Virus record (IMG/VR): IMGVR_UViG_3300050821_003663
Location: 39,678 to 103,677 of that record
Source: a virus
Strand: one strand, 5' to 3'
Length of the DNA stretch: 64,000 bases
The notes beneath the pieces were generated by a model. It saw only the letters and a program-made list of their open reading frames with translations, did no database searches and was not told where the DNA came from. The position numbers and the translations under genes are program-made. The first letter of the stretch is position 1. Every line of letters begins with the position of its first letter. Below, piece by piece: positions 19,293 to 29,900 of the stretch.

Positions 19293-20054
19293 ATGACAGA
19301 AGCAACATTGGAGAAGGCAAAGTCGACAGCAATCATTTTGGCAAACGCCGGGGAGCTTCTGGGGCCGGATTCGCCATACGATCAGGGGCGCAGGGCGCTC
19401 AAGAAAGAGTACGGCTCGGTCCTCACGAACGCGAAGGAGTTCAAGGAGATTACGTCGCACGAAGACGCGGAAAAGGCGGCACAGTTTGGTCGACTCCTGC
19501 AGGTGGCAAGCCAAGAGACGGAGAGCTACTTCAAGCGTGTCAAGGTGCAGATCGACAATATCAAGAAGCCGGTATTGGAGGCCGAAAAGCAGGACATCGG
19601 CGCCTACGCCGAAGAGAAGATGCGCATCAGCCGGCTGCAGGTCGCATGGGATCAGCAGGTTCGTCGCGAGCGGGAAGAGAGCGACCGTATCGCCCGCGAA
19701 GCGGCCGAACGTCAGGCGCGTGAAGACCGGCTGAATGAGGCTGTAGCGCTGGAGTCGATGGGAGAGGCGGAGCAAGCCGAGGCTGTCTTGGACGAACCCA
19801 TCTACACCCCCCCTGTGGTGACCCAGGTGGCGTCGGCGCCACGTATCCAGGGTAAGGTAGCCAAGGTCAGCTACTCGGCCAAGGTGACGAACCTGATGGA
19901 CTTGGTGAGGGCTGTGGCGGCCGGGAAGGCCCCGATACAGTCCCTCGTGGCAAACGAATCGTTTATCAACGCGCAGGCGCGAGCATTCAAGGACGGATTT
20001 TCTCTGCCGGGGTGTGAGCTGCAGCGAGAAGAGTCGGTACACTATCGGGGATAG
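19293..20054 (+). CDS. coiled-coil phage protein of the recombination module
   Basis: Long E/R/A-rich helices; C-terminal FSLPGCEL. Confidence 0.6.
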   Translation: MTEATLEKAKSTAIILANAGELLGPDSPYDQGRRALKKEYGSVLTNAKEFKEITSHEDAEKAAQFGRLLQVASQETESYFKRVKVQIDNIKKPVLEAEKQDIGAYAEEKMRISRLQVAWDQQVRREREESDRIAREAAERQAREDRLNEAVALESMGEAEQAEAVLDEPIYTPPVVTQVASAPRIQGKVAKVSYSAKVTNLMDLVRAVAAGKAPIQSLVANESFINAQARAFKDGFSLPGCELQREESVHYRG

Positions 20055-20087
20055 AAACTACCCCCAAAATCGTAAGGGAGAAGACCA

Positions 20088-20588
20088 TTGAAAATAGCGA
20101 ATTATTTCTTGACCGCCTGCATCCTGTTGTCCACAGCAGGGTACGCCCAACAACCGGCCGCTTCATCGTCGGCGATAACAATCAAGCCAACCCCTGCCTC
20201 TGACGCCCTAAACGCAACGGCGAAAGATATGACCGAAACAGCCAAGAGCCTTGACACGGCCACACAGCAAGCGCGCAGCGCTTTCGACATGAGCGTGAAG
20301 TCACTCAACGACTCACTCTCAGCCAAGACGAAAGATCTGATGGATGAGTTGAAGTCCGACAAGAAGTACGCGCCGAAGCTGAAAGAGATCGAGACCATTC
20401 AGCAGCAGCAGAAAGATGCTATAAGCGAGGCGCAAAAGAAGTTCAACGCGAGCGCAGGACCGCTACAGCAGAAGGTTGCCACAGACCAAGCGCTCATCGA
20501 CGGATTGGTGCCAGTAGTGCGCAAAGAAAGCGGCCTTCCGCCCACAGCTAAGTTCGACGCGAAAACGCAAGAGTGGTCGACAAAATAA
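20088..20588 (+). CDS. secreted coiled-coil protein
   Basis: Signal peptide MKIANYFLTACILLSTAGYA/QQ followed by an amphipathic helical body. Confidence 0.6.
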   Translation: MKIANYFLTACILLSTAGYAQQPAASSSAITIKPTPASDALNATAKDMTETAKSLDTATQQARSAFDMSVKSLNDSLSAKTKDLMDELKSDKKYAPKLKEIETIQQQQKDAISEAQKKFNASAGPLQQKVATDQALIDGLVPVVRKESGLPPTAKFDAKTQEWSTK

Positions 20589-20591
20589 GCC

Positions 20592-20978
20592 GTGAGCGTA
20601 AACGTCCAGATCATCAACGAGAAGTCGCGGGCGCTGTATGACAAGCTGCCGCGTCCGCTGCTTTCTCAGCTTGCCGAGATCCATAGAATCTCCGTAAGAG
20701 ACTTTGCGAGCATCTTCCAGATCTCGAAGTCCCACGCGGAAGAGGTGTTGAACCACAAGACGATGCCTTCGTTGGAACTGGGGATCCGGATAGCCCGCTA
20801 CTTCGACGTAACGACGGACGAGCTCTTGGCGTGGCGGGTAGACGATGACGGATCGCGGAGGCCGCTGGTGATTGCGATTCCTGGGGGAGGGACGGTTCGG
20901 CTCAACAATAAGAACCCGGATTCAGACCCGATGGAGGTTGTCAGGGAGTTGGCGAGGTACTTCAAGGAGGGCAAGTGA
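20592..20978 (+). CDS. XRE-family HTH regulator
   Basis: ISVRDFASIFQISKSHAEEVLNHKTMPSLELGIRIARYFDVTTDELL. Confidence 0.75.
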   Translation: MSVNVQIINEKSRALYDKLPRPLLSQLAEIHRISVRDFASIFQISKSHAEEVLNHKTMPSLELGIRIARYFDVTTDELLAWRVDDDGSRRPLVIAIPGGGTVRLNNKNPDSDPMEVVRELARYFKEGK

Positions 20979-21559
20979 TATTCATTGGCATAGATCCGGG
21001 GAGCAGTGGGGCAATAGCCGTCATTGACGGCAAGAGGATCGAGTTCTACGACACGCCGACGCTCGCCATCAAGGTCGGAAAGACCATCAAGAATAAGCAG
21101 GACGCCGCGCAGTGCGCTCTCATGCTCCGGCAGATCACGGCGGTCCACCAGGGTGACGTGAAGGTCACTATCGAGCGCGTGGCGCCGATGCCGAGCTTCA
21201 AAGGCCCAGACGGCGAGGATAAGCCGCAGGCGATGGGCGTGACGTCCGCCTTCACCTTCGGAGAGGGGTTCGGAATCTGGCAGGGAGTGTGTGCTGGCCT
21301 CCTCTTGCCGTACCAGTTCGTTCACCCGGCCACATGGAAGAAAGCGATGATGCCGGGGATGACGAAGGACAAGGATTCCAGCCGCGCCAGGGTGATGCAG
21401 CTCTACCCGCAATGCACCCCGGACATCGCGAGGAAGAAGGATCATGCGCGGGCAGACGCGCTCCTCATCGCGGTGTGGGCTCAACGGGAGTACGACTTCG
21501 GCGAACCACCGATACCGAAGAAGCAGGAAACCGTAATACACGGGCTATTTGAAGACTGA
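20975..21559 (+). CDS. RuvC-like Holliday junction resolvase
   Basis: IGIDPGSSGAIA, IERV, SAFTFG, PATWKK, ADALLIA motifs. Confidence 0.85.
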   Translation: MIFIGIDPGSSGAIAVIDGKRIEFYDTPTLAIKVGKTIKNKQDAAQCALMLRQITAVHQGDVKVTIERVAPMPSFKGPDGEDKPQAMGVTSAFTFGEGFGIWQGVCAGLLLPYQFVHPATWKKAMMPGMTKDKDSSRARVMQLYPQCTPDIARKKDHARADALLIAVWAQREYDFGEPPIPKKQETVIHGLFED

Positions 21560-21576
21560 AAGCGAGGGAGCGCAGA

Positions 21577-22113
21577 ATGGCGAAGCAAAAAACGAAGCTA
21601 GGCGATTTTTTCGAGGGCAAGCGGCGACAGTGCCGACTGGCGGATTACCACACACTGAAAGACGAGAAAGACCATCTGCGGTTGAAGTTGATGGTAGAGA
21701 TGCCGCTGACCGGACAGCCGCAGCACGGCATCCATGACCAGTTTGCAGAGCCATTCCTCATCATGGTGAAGAAGAATAGCGCCTGCAATCAGTCAAAGGT
21801 GAATGCGCTGATCGACTCTGCAGAGGTTGGGATCTTCACCACCGGCGACATAAAGAACGCGGTTACACGGACGAACGGCGCCAGCCTTCAGGACTTCCAG
21901 TTGGTAGCCAAAGGCCACGAAGAGAAGCGCTCAGTCGCGCTCCACTTCACGACCTACATCCCCTTCACCGAGCCGCTGAAGCAGTGGGTGCTGGACCTCC
22001 TCCACAAGGACTTCTTCATGGAGGTAGTGCCCGCACAGATGAAGCTGGAAGACCCGAAGGATCCTCCGGTGAACAAGAAGAAGAAACCGGAGCAAGTTGG
22101 ACTGCTGAACTAG
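21577..22113 (+). CDS. hypothetical protein
   Basis: SD GAGGGAG, ATG, in operon. Confidence 0.6.
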   Translation: MAKQKTKLGDFFEGKRRQCRLADYHTLKDEKDHLRLKLMVEMPLTGQPQHGIHDQFAEPFLIMVKKNSACNQSKVNALIDSAEVGIFTTGDIKNAVTRTNGASLQDFQLVAKGHEEKRSVALHFTTYIPFTEPLKQWVLDLLHKDFFMEVVPAQMKLEDPKDPPVNKKKKPEQVGLLN

Positions 22114-22272
22114 ACTGCGGTATTCTAGCTTCGCCTTGAGCGGTGGCTGGGGAGCTATCACTCTCGGAAGTACGGACGTGAATGATGGCATGTCTGTGCG
22201 ACCCTCCAAGGGCCGGTGCGCTCCCCCAGAGCTGCCGGCCCCCTCCACCCCATCTATCATTGGGAGGAACCC

Positions 22273-22767
22273 TTGAAAGTAACGCTCGATTCGGCAGTGC
22301 TGGAAAAGCTGTCCCCACGGGGGATGCTGGCCTACATCGCCTACTCACTCAACAAGAAAAAGGCCGCATCTCCGGCAAAGTTTGCCGCACTTGTCCGCAT
22401 CAAGGAAGAGGTGATGGCGGAGGGGCTGCAGAATCTATGGGCCAACCTTCCTGAAGTCCAAAATTTGGACCCCAAGCCAGCCGCGAAGAAAGAGTTTGTG
22501 CTGCCCGCATGGGTTCCGCCTACCACGTGGAACGCATACGTGCAGATGCGAAGAGGGATCGGCAAGCCCATGACAGAGCAGGCTATGGCAATCGCCGTAA
22601 ACAAGCTGGCCAAGCTCAAAGACGAAGGGTACAAGCCCACCGAAGTACTGGATCAGTCAATCTTCAACTCATGGCAAGGACTCTTCCCGGTAAAAACTGA
22701 TGGATTCAGCGTCACGGCAAACGGAGCGGCACCGGTGAAGCTTCGTGAGACGGAGTTCAAGCTATGA
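22273..22767 (+). CDS. phage replication initiator/helicase-loader-like protein
   Basis: TTG start after GGGAGG; LPAWVP..WNAYVQMR...VLDQSIFNSWQGLF is typical of phage initiator C-termini; directly upstream of DnaB. Confidence 0.65.
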   Translation: MKVTLDSAVLEKLSPRGMLAYIAYSLNKKKAASPAKFAALVRIKEEVMAEGLQNLWANLPEVQNLDPKPAAKKEFVLPAWVPPTTWNAYVQMRRGIGKPMTEQAMAIAVNKLAKLKDEGYKPTEVLDQSIFNSWQGLFPVKTDGFSVTANGAAPVKLRETEFKL

Positions 22768-24098
22768 AAGAGGAGATCCCGTACGAAGAGGGTTATAACT
22801 ACATCGAACACGCTGAATGTACCGTGCTGGGGGGGATGCTGGTCGACGAGGTCGCGGTGCAAGATGCGGCTAAACTCCTATCGACCGAGGACTTCAACGT
22901 CAGTTCCCATCGGACCATCTACCGGGCTATGAACAACCTAATTGATGAAGGCGAGAAGGTTGACATAATGACCGTCTCCAGTGAGCTTGACCGGATGAAG
23001 CAGATAGGGTCAATTGGCGGTCGCGCCTACCTCGCCTCTCTCAGCGAGGGCCTACCCCGCAGACTCAGCATTGAAAGCTACGTCCGCATCGTCAAATCAG
23101 CCGCGCTGGCGAGAAACTGCTGGAGGATATGTGACAAGGGGATCACCCGGATCCAAGACCGCTCGGAAGATCCACGCATCATCATGCTGGACATCGAGAA
23201 GCAACTTGAAGCCGCGAGGCACGACTACACCGAAGATGTGACACTGCAAGATCAGGGAGAGGCCGAGCTGGAGTCGATACGCCGTCAACGTGTTGACGAG
23301 GAGCAAGTGTTTGTTCCCAGCGGGCTCGACGTGTACGACGTCTCGCAGGGCGGCTACGCCATCAAGGAAGTGACGGTGATCGGAGCTCGCCCCGGTATAG
23401 GCAAGAGCACGTTGTTGAGGCAGGGCGTGGTGAAGAATTGCCTCAAGGCCAACTTCGTTCACCTGTTTACCCCGGAAATGCCATCGGGACAGGTTATCCG
23501 CTACATGGCCTCGTATATGGCGAAGGTTCCGTTCCGCCGGCTGCGTCACGCGAAGCGACTAGACGACGCCCAGATGGCCGACGTGGAGGCAGCCATCATC
23601 GACATCATGGCATGGCCGCTCAAGATAGAAGACGAGAGTCCGCTGACGCTGGATGAGCTCATTGCAAAAGCACGGTCTATCAAAAGGAAGCAGAATACCA
23701 AACTCCTTGGGGTTGACTACCTTCAAAAACTGAAGTATCACGGCAAGGTGGAACACCGACACATTCAGGTGACGGACGCAATGGTTGAGCTGACATCGCT
23801 GTGCAAGAACGAGAACATCGCGGGCGTCGTTCTGAGTTCAATTACCGAAGCAACCGGGAAGGATCGCAACCGGCCGCCAACGAAAGCCGACCTTCGGCAG
23901 TCAGGCGACATCCAGTTCGAGGCGAACACGGTAATCCTCATGCACCGGGAGATCGACGCGGAGACGCATCAGCCACAGCCGAAGTGCTCCATCATCATCG
24001 ACAAGGCCCGCTCCGACCAGTCCGGGATCAAAGAGGTGTTTTTCAACGGTGAGTACATCTACTTCGAGGAAGCGCAAACGTACCTGAAGGGGTTCTAA
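22764..24098 (+). CDS. dnaB: replicative DNA helicase, DnaB family
   Basis: N-domain AE..VLGGML/EDF...HR.IY; Walker A GARPGIGKS; PEM; VDYLQ; DLRQSGDIQFEAN; KAR. Confidence 0.92.
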   Translation: MKEEIPYEEGYNYIEHAECTVLGGMLVDEVAVQDAAKLLSTEDFNVSSHRTIYRAMNNLIDEGEKVDIMTVSSELDRMKQIGSIGGRAYLASLSEGLPRRLSIESYVRIVKSAALARNCWRICDKGITRIQDRSEDPRIIMLDIEKQLEAARHDYTEDVTLQDQGEAELESIRRQRVDEEQVFVPSGLDVYDVSQGGYAIKEVTVIGARPGIGKSTLLRQGVVKNCLKANFVHLFTPEMPSGQVIRYMASYMAKVPFRRLRHAKRLDDAQMADVEAAIIDIMAWPLKIEDESPLTLDELIAKARSIKRKQNTKLLGVDYLQKLKYHGKVEHRHIQVTDAMVELTSLCKNENIAGVVLSSITEATGKDRNRPPTKADLRQSGDIQFEANTVILMHREIDAETHQPQPKCSIIIDKARSDQSGIKEVFFNGEYIYFEEAQTYLKGF

Positions 24099-24117
24099 AA
24101 GAGGGGAGATCCACGCG

Positions 24118-24885
24118 ATGGTTTCAGAAGCGGAGCAAATCAAGAAGATCAAGGCAGAGGCGAAAGAGCACTTCGAGGCCATCAGGTTAGCCCAAGAGTC
24201 CAACTCCCGAAGCTCAATGGTGATCGGCTTCCACGCCTATCGGATGAAGATCAACAAACTCTTCCAAGTGATCGGCTTCGAGACGGAGGATGACGCACGT
24301 AAGGCCGCCGGCGTCGGAGAGTCCACCTGGTATGCGAACATCCGGCTGGCGGAACAATTCAAGGAACTTCCGGAGAAGCAGTTCGTATCCATGAAGCAGG
24401 CGAACGCGAAGGCGCTCGCGGATCTGCCAGAGTCGAAGCGGCTGTCGACCGAGTGGATACGGATGGCGGCCGTGGAGAAGATCGAGATCTTCGCGGAGAA
24501 GTGCGACCACGAGATGAACGGCAAGGCAAGGGCTTCGGACACGAAGGAGCGCTCGACCACGCTGAAGGAAGTCTCGGTTCCTGCCAGCCGGAAGACGGTG
24601 ATCGTGCAGAAGGCAAAGCTCTACGCGGAGCAGCACGGGATCGAGCCAGACACCGGCAAGGCTATCGAGATGGCACTCATCGAAGCGACGGACGGCATGA
24701 CCCTCATCAACGCCATCACCAACGCTCTCAAGCGGGTGAAGACGTGCAAGGACATCATCTTCGGTGAGTACAGTGCGGCGGAGGCGCTGACGAAGGTGGA
24801 CGAGGAGCTGGATGCGATGGTGCTTGACTTCGACGCGGCACTACTCAACAAGGAGAACGAAGTAGTAGAGGAGGTTCCAGGATGA
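24118..24885 (+). CDS. hypothetical protein, weakly DUF3102-like
   Basis: IG..AYRMK...GFET...STWYANIRLAEQF pattern. Confidence 0.45.
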   Translation: MVSEAEQIKKIKAEAKEHFEAIRLAQESNSRSSMVIGFHAYRMKINKLFQVIGFETEDDARKAAGVGESTWYANIRLAEQFKELPEKQFVSMKQANAKALADLPESKRLSTEWIRMAAVEKIEIFAEKCDHEMNGKARASDTKERSTTLKEVSVPASRKTVIVQKAKLYAEQHGIEPDTGKAIEMALIEATDGMTLINAITNALKRVKTCKDIIFGEYSAAEALTKVDEELDAMVLDFDAALLNKENEVVEEVPG

Positions 24886-25226
24886 GAGCATGGTTTTCGG
24901 CAGCGGCCATAGTGGTGTTTCTCCTTGCGGTGACGGCGCTCTTTTTGGTGCATGAGTTCCCGCCAACTCCGCGAACGATTGGGCAGGTTTGCACGCTGCG
25001 GAAGGTTCCCGGAGGCCCACCGTTCGGAGACATGTACTACTGGCAAGACACCAGCGGAAAAGTCCCGGACGGGATCTGCGCTGATATGTATCCAGCGGGA
25101 ATCAACGGGTGGGGCGTAGATCTTCCACGGCCGCATCAGGCCACACTGACTCAGGAGTTTCCCACTTACGACGCTGCGGTAGCCTGGGTAGAGAGTCAGC
25201 CGTATCTGAAGAGGCACACGCGATGA
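24882..25226 (+). CDS. membrane-anchored hypothetical protein
   Basis: N-terminal hydrophobic helix. Confidence 0.5.
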   Translation: MRAWFSAAAIVVFLLAVTALFLVHEFPPTPRTIGQVCTLRKVPGGPPFGDMYYWQDTSGKVPDGICADMYPAGINGWGVDLPRPHQATLTQEFPTYDAAVAWVESQPYLKRHTR

Positions 25227-25540
25227 TTCAGCGCTACACCCCGCTCAAGCGAACGCCGATCAGGAAGAGGCGCAACAAGCCACGTCCCGGTCGAATCGAG
25301 GGCGAGGAGCTTCAAGCGCAGCGATGGAGGATATTCCAGCGTGACAAGGGTATCTGCGTGAAGTGCGGCCGCAAGGTCATATTCAATGCACCTGACGAGT
25401 GGCCAAACAGCTTCCACCGTGCTCACAGGAGAAACAAACGGATGTGGGGAGATGACGACAGCAACGTAGAGAGCAACTGTGGCGACTGCCATCGCGAGCA
25501 TCACACCGGCGGCAAGGTCGTACCGCCAAAGGCGACGTAA
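25223..25540 (+). CDS. HNH endonuclease
   Basis: RDKGICVKCG...H.AH...N....CGDCHREHH. Confidence 0.8.
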   Translation: MIQRYTPLKRTPIRKRRNKPRPGRIEGEELQAQRWRIFQRDKGICVKCGRKVIFNAPDEWPNSFHRAHRRNKRMWGDDDSNVESNCGDCHREHHTGGKVVPPKAT

Positions 25541-25588
25541 AGCATATTCTTGTAGCGAGAAAAACTTCTCATTGCTACGCTCTAAGGC

Positions 25589-26902
25589 GTGAGGACCACG
25601 CTCAAGCTGCTTCTTGTGGCCATACTCTGCTGTGTCCCAGCAGCAGCTCAGACGGCTGTTATCTCCGGTCAGGCAGTCAATCAGTATGGGCAACCCGTTC
25701 CATTCGCACAGGTTAGAGTATGTAACGTAACTCTATCGGGGAACCCCTGCGACACAACCGGCGTTACCCTCTATCAGGATTACACTCGGCTCACACCCAT
25801 CGGGAATCCCGCCAGCGCAGATCAGTACGGCAACTATCTCATCTACGTCGGAGCGCTCGCATCGCCGAATCTCTACCTCGTGCAGCTCTCACCGGCAGCG
25901 GGGATTACATTCAACTACGGGTTCAACGGACCATTCTTGAGCGCATCGGGCGGAACGATCACGGGGAACCTCGTCGTCACGGGGATCTTTACAGCCGGAA
26001 CGATCAATACGCTATCGACCTACGAGGTGAACGGTTCGCAGATCGCGAGCTCTAATCTGGCCGACGGTAGCAACCTGGCCAAGCTAAACGCTTCGAACAT
26101 CTTCACCGGAGCAACGCAGACCGCGCCAATCTTCAACGCGACGACGCAATTTCAGGTGAACGGCATCCAGATCGCCAGCGCCAACCTCTCGGACGGAAGC
26201 AATCTCGCCAAGCTAAACGCAGCGAACGTATTCACCGGGTCACCTCAGACCGTGAACGTACTGAATGCGACAACCGTCAACAGTGCTGGCTACCTCGTTG
26301 GCAGCTCGGGAGGGAGTGCTGGCCAAGTACTATGCTCGAACGGCTCATCTCTCAACTCTCTTTGCACGGTCTACTCTCCGTCGAACACGCCCTTCTACCA
26401 AACCGTAAAGAGCCTATCGACGAGCATGACACAGCGCCTAGCGCTGGAGTTCACAGGGAGATTTGCTCTGACCGACTCAGCCTCACCGTCCCAGACCGGC
26501 GTGGATCTCAACGGCACGGGAACGGGAGGCAAGGCCGTCACAGCCACGGCCGCAGGGGCGGCGGGCAACTGTGGCTTCTGGACAGGCGCCGGAGACATCG
26601 GGGACAGCGGGGTTCCTTGTGCGCCTCAGATCGAGACCATCAGCGTGCCGGCAGGGTCAACCTGTACGACATCCGGTGCGAGTGACGCGGTTTGCACATT
26701 CCTTGTCACCTGGCCGGCGGCGTTCCCGAATACGAATTACACCGTGACCTGTACCGCAGGAGCGCTTACGGCGGGAACTGTGCTTATTGGGCCACGATGG
26801 TCAAACAAGACGACCACTGGAGTGACGATAACGATTCAGAACGGGACCAACGACGGAGCACTGGCAACGAATGCCCCAGTGGATTGCACGGGCATTGCCT
26901 GA
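25589..26902 (+). CDS. tail-fibre-like protein with signal peptide
   Basis: Signal peptide ...CCVPAAA/Q; head-binding-like N-domain (GQPVPFAQVRV...LYQD...NPASADQYGNY); two ~43-aa shaft repeats; gp53/H-lectin-like tip (VTWPAAFPNTNYTV, NKTTTGVTI). Confidence 0.7.
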   Translation: MRTTLKLLLVAILCCVPAAAQTAVISGQAVNQYGQPVPFAQVRVCNVTLSGNPCDTTGVTLYQDYTRLTPIGNPASADQYGNYLIYVGALASPNLYLVQLSPAAGITFNYGFNGPFLSASGGTITGNLVVTGIFTAGTINTLSTYEVNGSQIASSNLADGSNLAKLNASNIFTGATQTAPIFNATTQFQVNGIQIASANLSDGSNLAKLNAANVFTGSPQTVNVLNATTVNSAGYLVGSSGGSAGQVLCSNGSSLNSLCTVYSPSNTPFYQTVKSLSTSMTQRLALEFTGRFALTDSASPSQTGVDLNGTGTGGKAVTATAAGAAGNCGFWTGAGDIGDSGVPCAPQIETISVPAGSTCTTSGASDAVCTFLVTWPAAFPNTNYTVTCTAGALTAGTVLIGPRWSNKTTTGVTITIQNGTNDGALATNAPVDCTGIA

Positions 26903-26921
26903 GAAGTACTGGGAGGAATAG

Positions 26922-29900
26922 ATGTGGCGTCTAGCAAAAGCGTTACTGGTTGGGATTCTTGCAGCGGCCGCGCCCCTGCTGGCCCAGCCAACAATTAGCA
27001 ACGTCTATGTTTCGGCCGCCACGAGCACCACCGCCACGTTCACATGGACGACCAACACCCCATCGACTTCCCAGGTCCGGTACGGCTTCGACATCAGCTT
27101 GCCGTTCAACAACAACCCTGATTCGAATCTGGTGACAACGCACACGATGACGCTGACGTTTCTTCAGCCGTCGACGTTCTACTACTTCGCGGTCGTGTCG
27201 GCAGATTCCGGAGGGAATTCTTCGCAGTCGGCTACATCAAGCTTTTCGCTATGCTCCCCTGGAGAATCGGGAATTGTGCCAGTGCAAGGCACGGCCAACA
27301 ACTTCTACATGTATGGAACGTTCACGCTGACGTGGGTTCCGCCAGCGGGATCGAGCGGAACGCCAATGATTTGCGGACAGCCGATGGCTACGACGGCGAC
27401 GGGATCCTTGGACGGAGGGGCATCGCTATCATCATCCGTGGCGGACTCCTACAAGGCGATTCCAGGACCGGGAACGTGGCACGTCGCGGTGACCGACTAC
27501 GGGAACATTGCTCCAGTCGGCTTCAACTTTCCGATCTCTACGCAGAGCAACAACGTTTCCACGCCACTCAAGGCGGCCGCTAATGCATCAGGGCTAAAGT
27601 TCTGCCTGTCTACAGGGAGCGCGTTATTTCCATCGGACTGCGGTGGTGGCGGAGGATCTCCGCTGGTTGTGGAGATCAACGGCACACCGATATCCCCATC
27701 TAGCCCGGCCGATTTCGTAGATACCTCATCGGTGCATTGGACATTCTCCGGCGGGACAATTCAGGCCGCAGCTTCGGGAGGGAGTGGAGCGCTACCAGCA
27801 GCGCCGGCATACAGCGGTCAGTTTGCAAACGCAACCGTAACCGCGTTTCAGGCCGATCAGGTTCCAGCTTATGGCGTGAATTCGGCCTATAACTATAACC
27901 CCCTGACGCACGTGCTCGGGGTGAACGCCGTCAACGGTCTCGGTTTCATTAGTCCGTCTCAGACAAGCGGCGGCGACGGGCAGGCGGCATTCTTCAGCGG
28001 CAAGACGAACGCATTTGGGATAATCGACAATCTTGAGCTTGTCACGGGACAAGTAAGCGGCGTGACCGGCACCGGCGGTACTGGCATGACGCCGGGAACG
28101 TACTCGCTATCCTTCTCTGGTGGTGGTGGAGGATCAGGTGCGGCCGGCCTCATCGACGTGCTCACAGCGACGACATACGTTATTTCGGTGTCGAACCCAG
28201 GGACAGGCTATACGAGCGCTCCCACGGTCACCGCAGCTACCGGAGGAACCCCTCCAGCGCTGACAGCCACGATTGCGTCTGCATCCGATCCTGCGCAACC
28301 GCCGGGTAGCGGGAATATGATTTTCGATTTCCGCACCATTACTGGAACCTTTGGAGTGCGGTCGACGAATTGTGTGGCTAACAACACTATCGAGTCCTCT
28401 TTAGGCCAGCCTGACTCTCCCTGCCTTCAATCTGTCGTTTACGACAATGATCCCACGGCGACACGCGACCCCTTGTTTCTCGGCCTTCTAACGTATGGCC
28501 AAGGTCGGGACGTAGGCAACCAAGGAGCACTGGCGAATAGCGATCAAGGGTGGACTAACTCAGGAGCGCTCAATCTCGGCTTCGTTGTCTTTCGTCCGGG
28601 GATCAAGGGCGGCCTGACACTCGTAAACAACTGCCCATCCCAGGGTGATTGCAACGATTTCTCTGCATATAACCCCAACATAGGCTGGGCGCTCGCCGCC
28701 TCCGATGAAGGGCAAAATGGGTTTAGAAATAACAGTTCAGACTCTTCTAACGGAAGGGGCTATGTAACGGCCACAGTCAATACCGTGCCGAGTCCCGGTC
28801 AGCCAACCTACTCTAACGTATCCGGAGACTTCTTTAAGCCGGGGGGCATTTTGGTAGACACGACCCAGCCTTCGTTAGCGTTCTCGATCACCTCTCAATC
28901 GACGTCTTGGAACGCCCCGGCTGTGCTGTCGATGAATATCGGTCCACCCAACGGGCAAGGGTCAGGGCAGACTCCCAGCCTCGAATACACCGTAAGCTCC
29001 GTGGCAACCTCCAGCGGAGGCACGACAACCTACACGGGTACTTTTCCGGGCTGCACCGCAAATAATTTTGCGGGCCAGTACTGGTCATTCCAGAACTTCA
29101 ACGGCAACTTCGCTATCGGCGGGCCAAACAACGGAATCTATCTGGTTGCATCTTGCACCACGACCACTATGGTCGCGAATAATCCGCACGCTGTAGCGGC
29201 CACTTCCGCGTTCGGTGTTGCCATCCAAAACTATCAAATTGCCTGTTCTGGTGGAGGTGGCACAGGGCTGGTCGCAGTAGCCTCCGTTGGGCCTGGTGGA
29301 AATATCGGAGTTCAACCTGCAATCGTTGATCCGGGTTCGGGGTACACCTCTGCTCCTACGGGATGCGCCGTAACCGGAACAGGTGGGACACCCGCCACCT
29401 TTGGCGCTTCTCTGCAATCTCCGATGGGGCTTATCCCTATTACTGGGATCACCTTGACTCCGTCTACAGGGCAAGCAGTAACGCTGGACTATATTTCGGC
29501 AGCTCAACTCCCCACGCCAATGACGAATGTCTCAAGCGTAGTTCGCGTTCGAGTGGAGAATTCGCTACCTATCACCACCGGCTACGCATGGTTTATTGAC
29601 CCCACCGCACCTGAGTTGTGCGCTGTCACTAATGCGCCCGCAGCAGTGAGTGGGATCCAAACCTTGACGGTCTCGTGCCATCAGGCTCACGCGAACCCTA
29701 ACTACGTTACCCAGGGTTCAACTCCCGCTTGCCTGTGGCCGGATGCGAACTATACACAATACGGCTTCCCTGAGTGCTACGACTTGTTTGGAGCGCCTGA
29801 CTCATCCCACCTGTGGGGCGGCTTCACGGTCAAGGGAGCTCTAGTCGGCAACGGCATCCCCCGAGTAGGCAATGAATGGGCCGACGTAACTACAGGAAGA

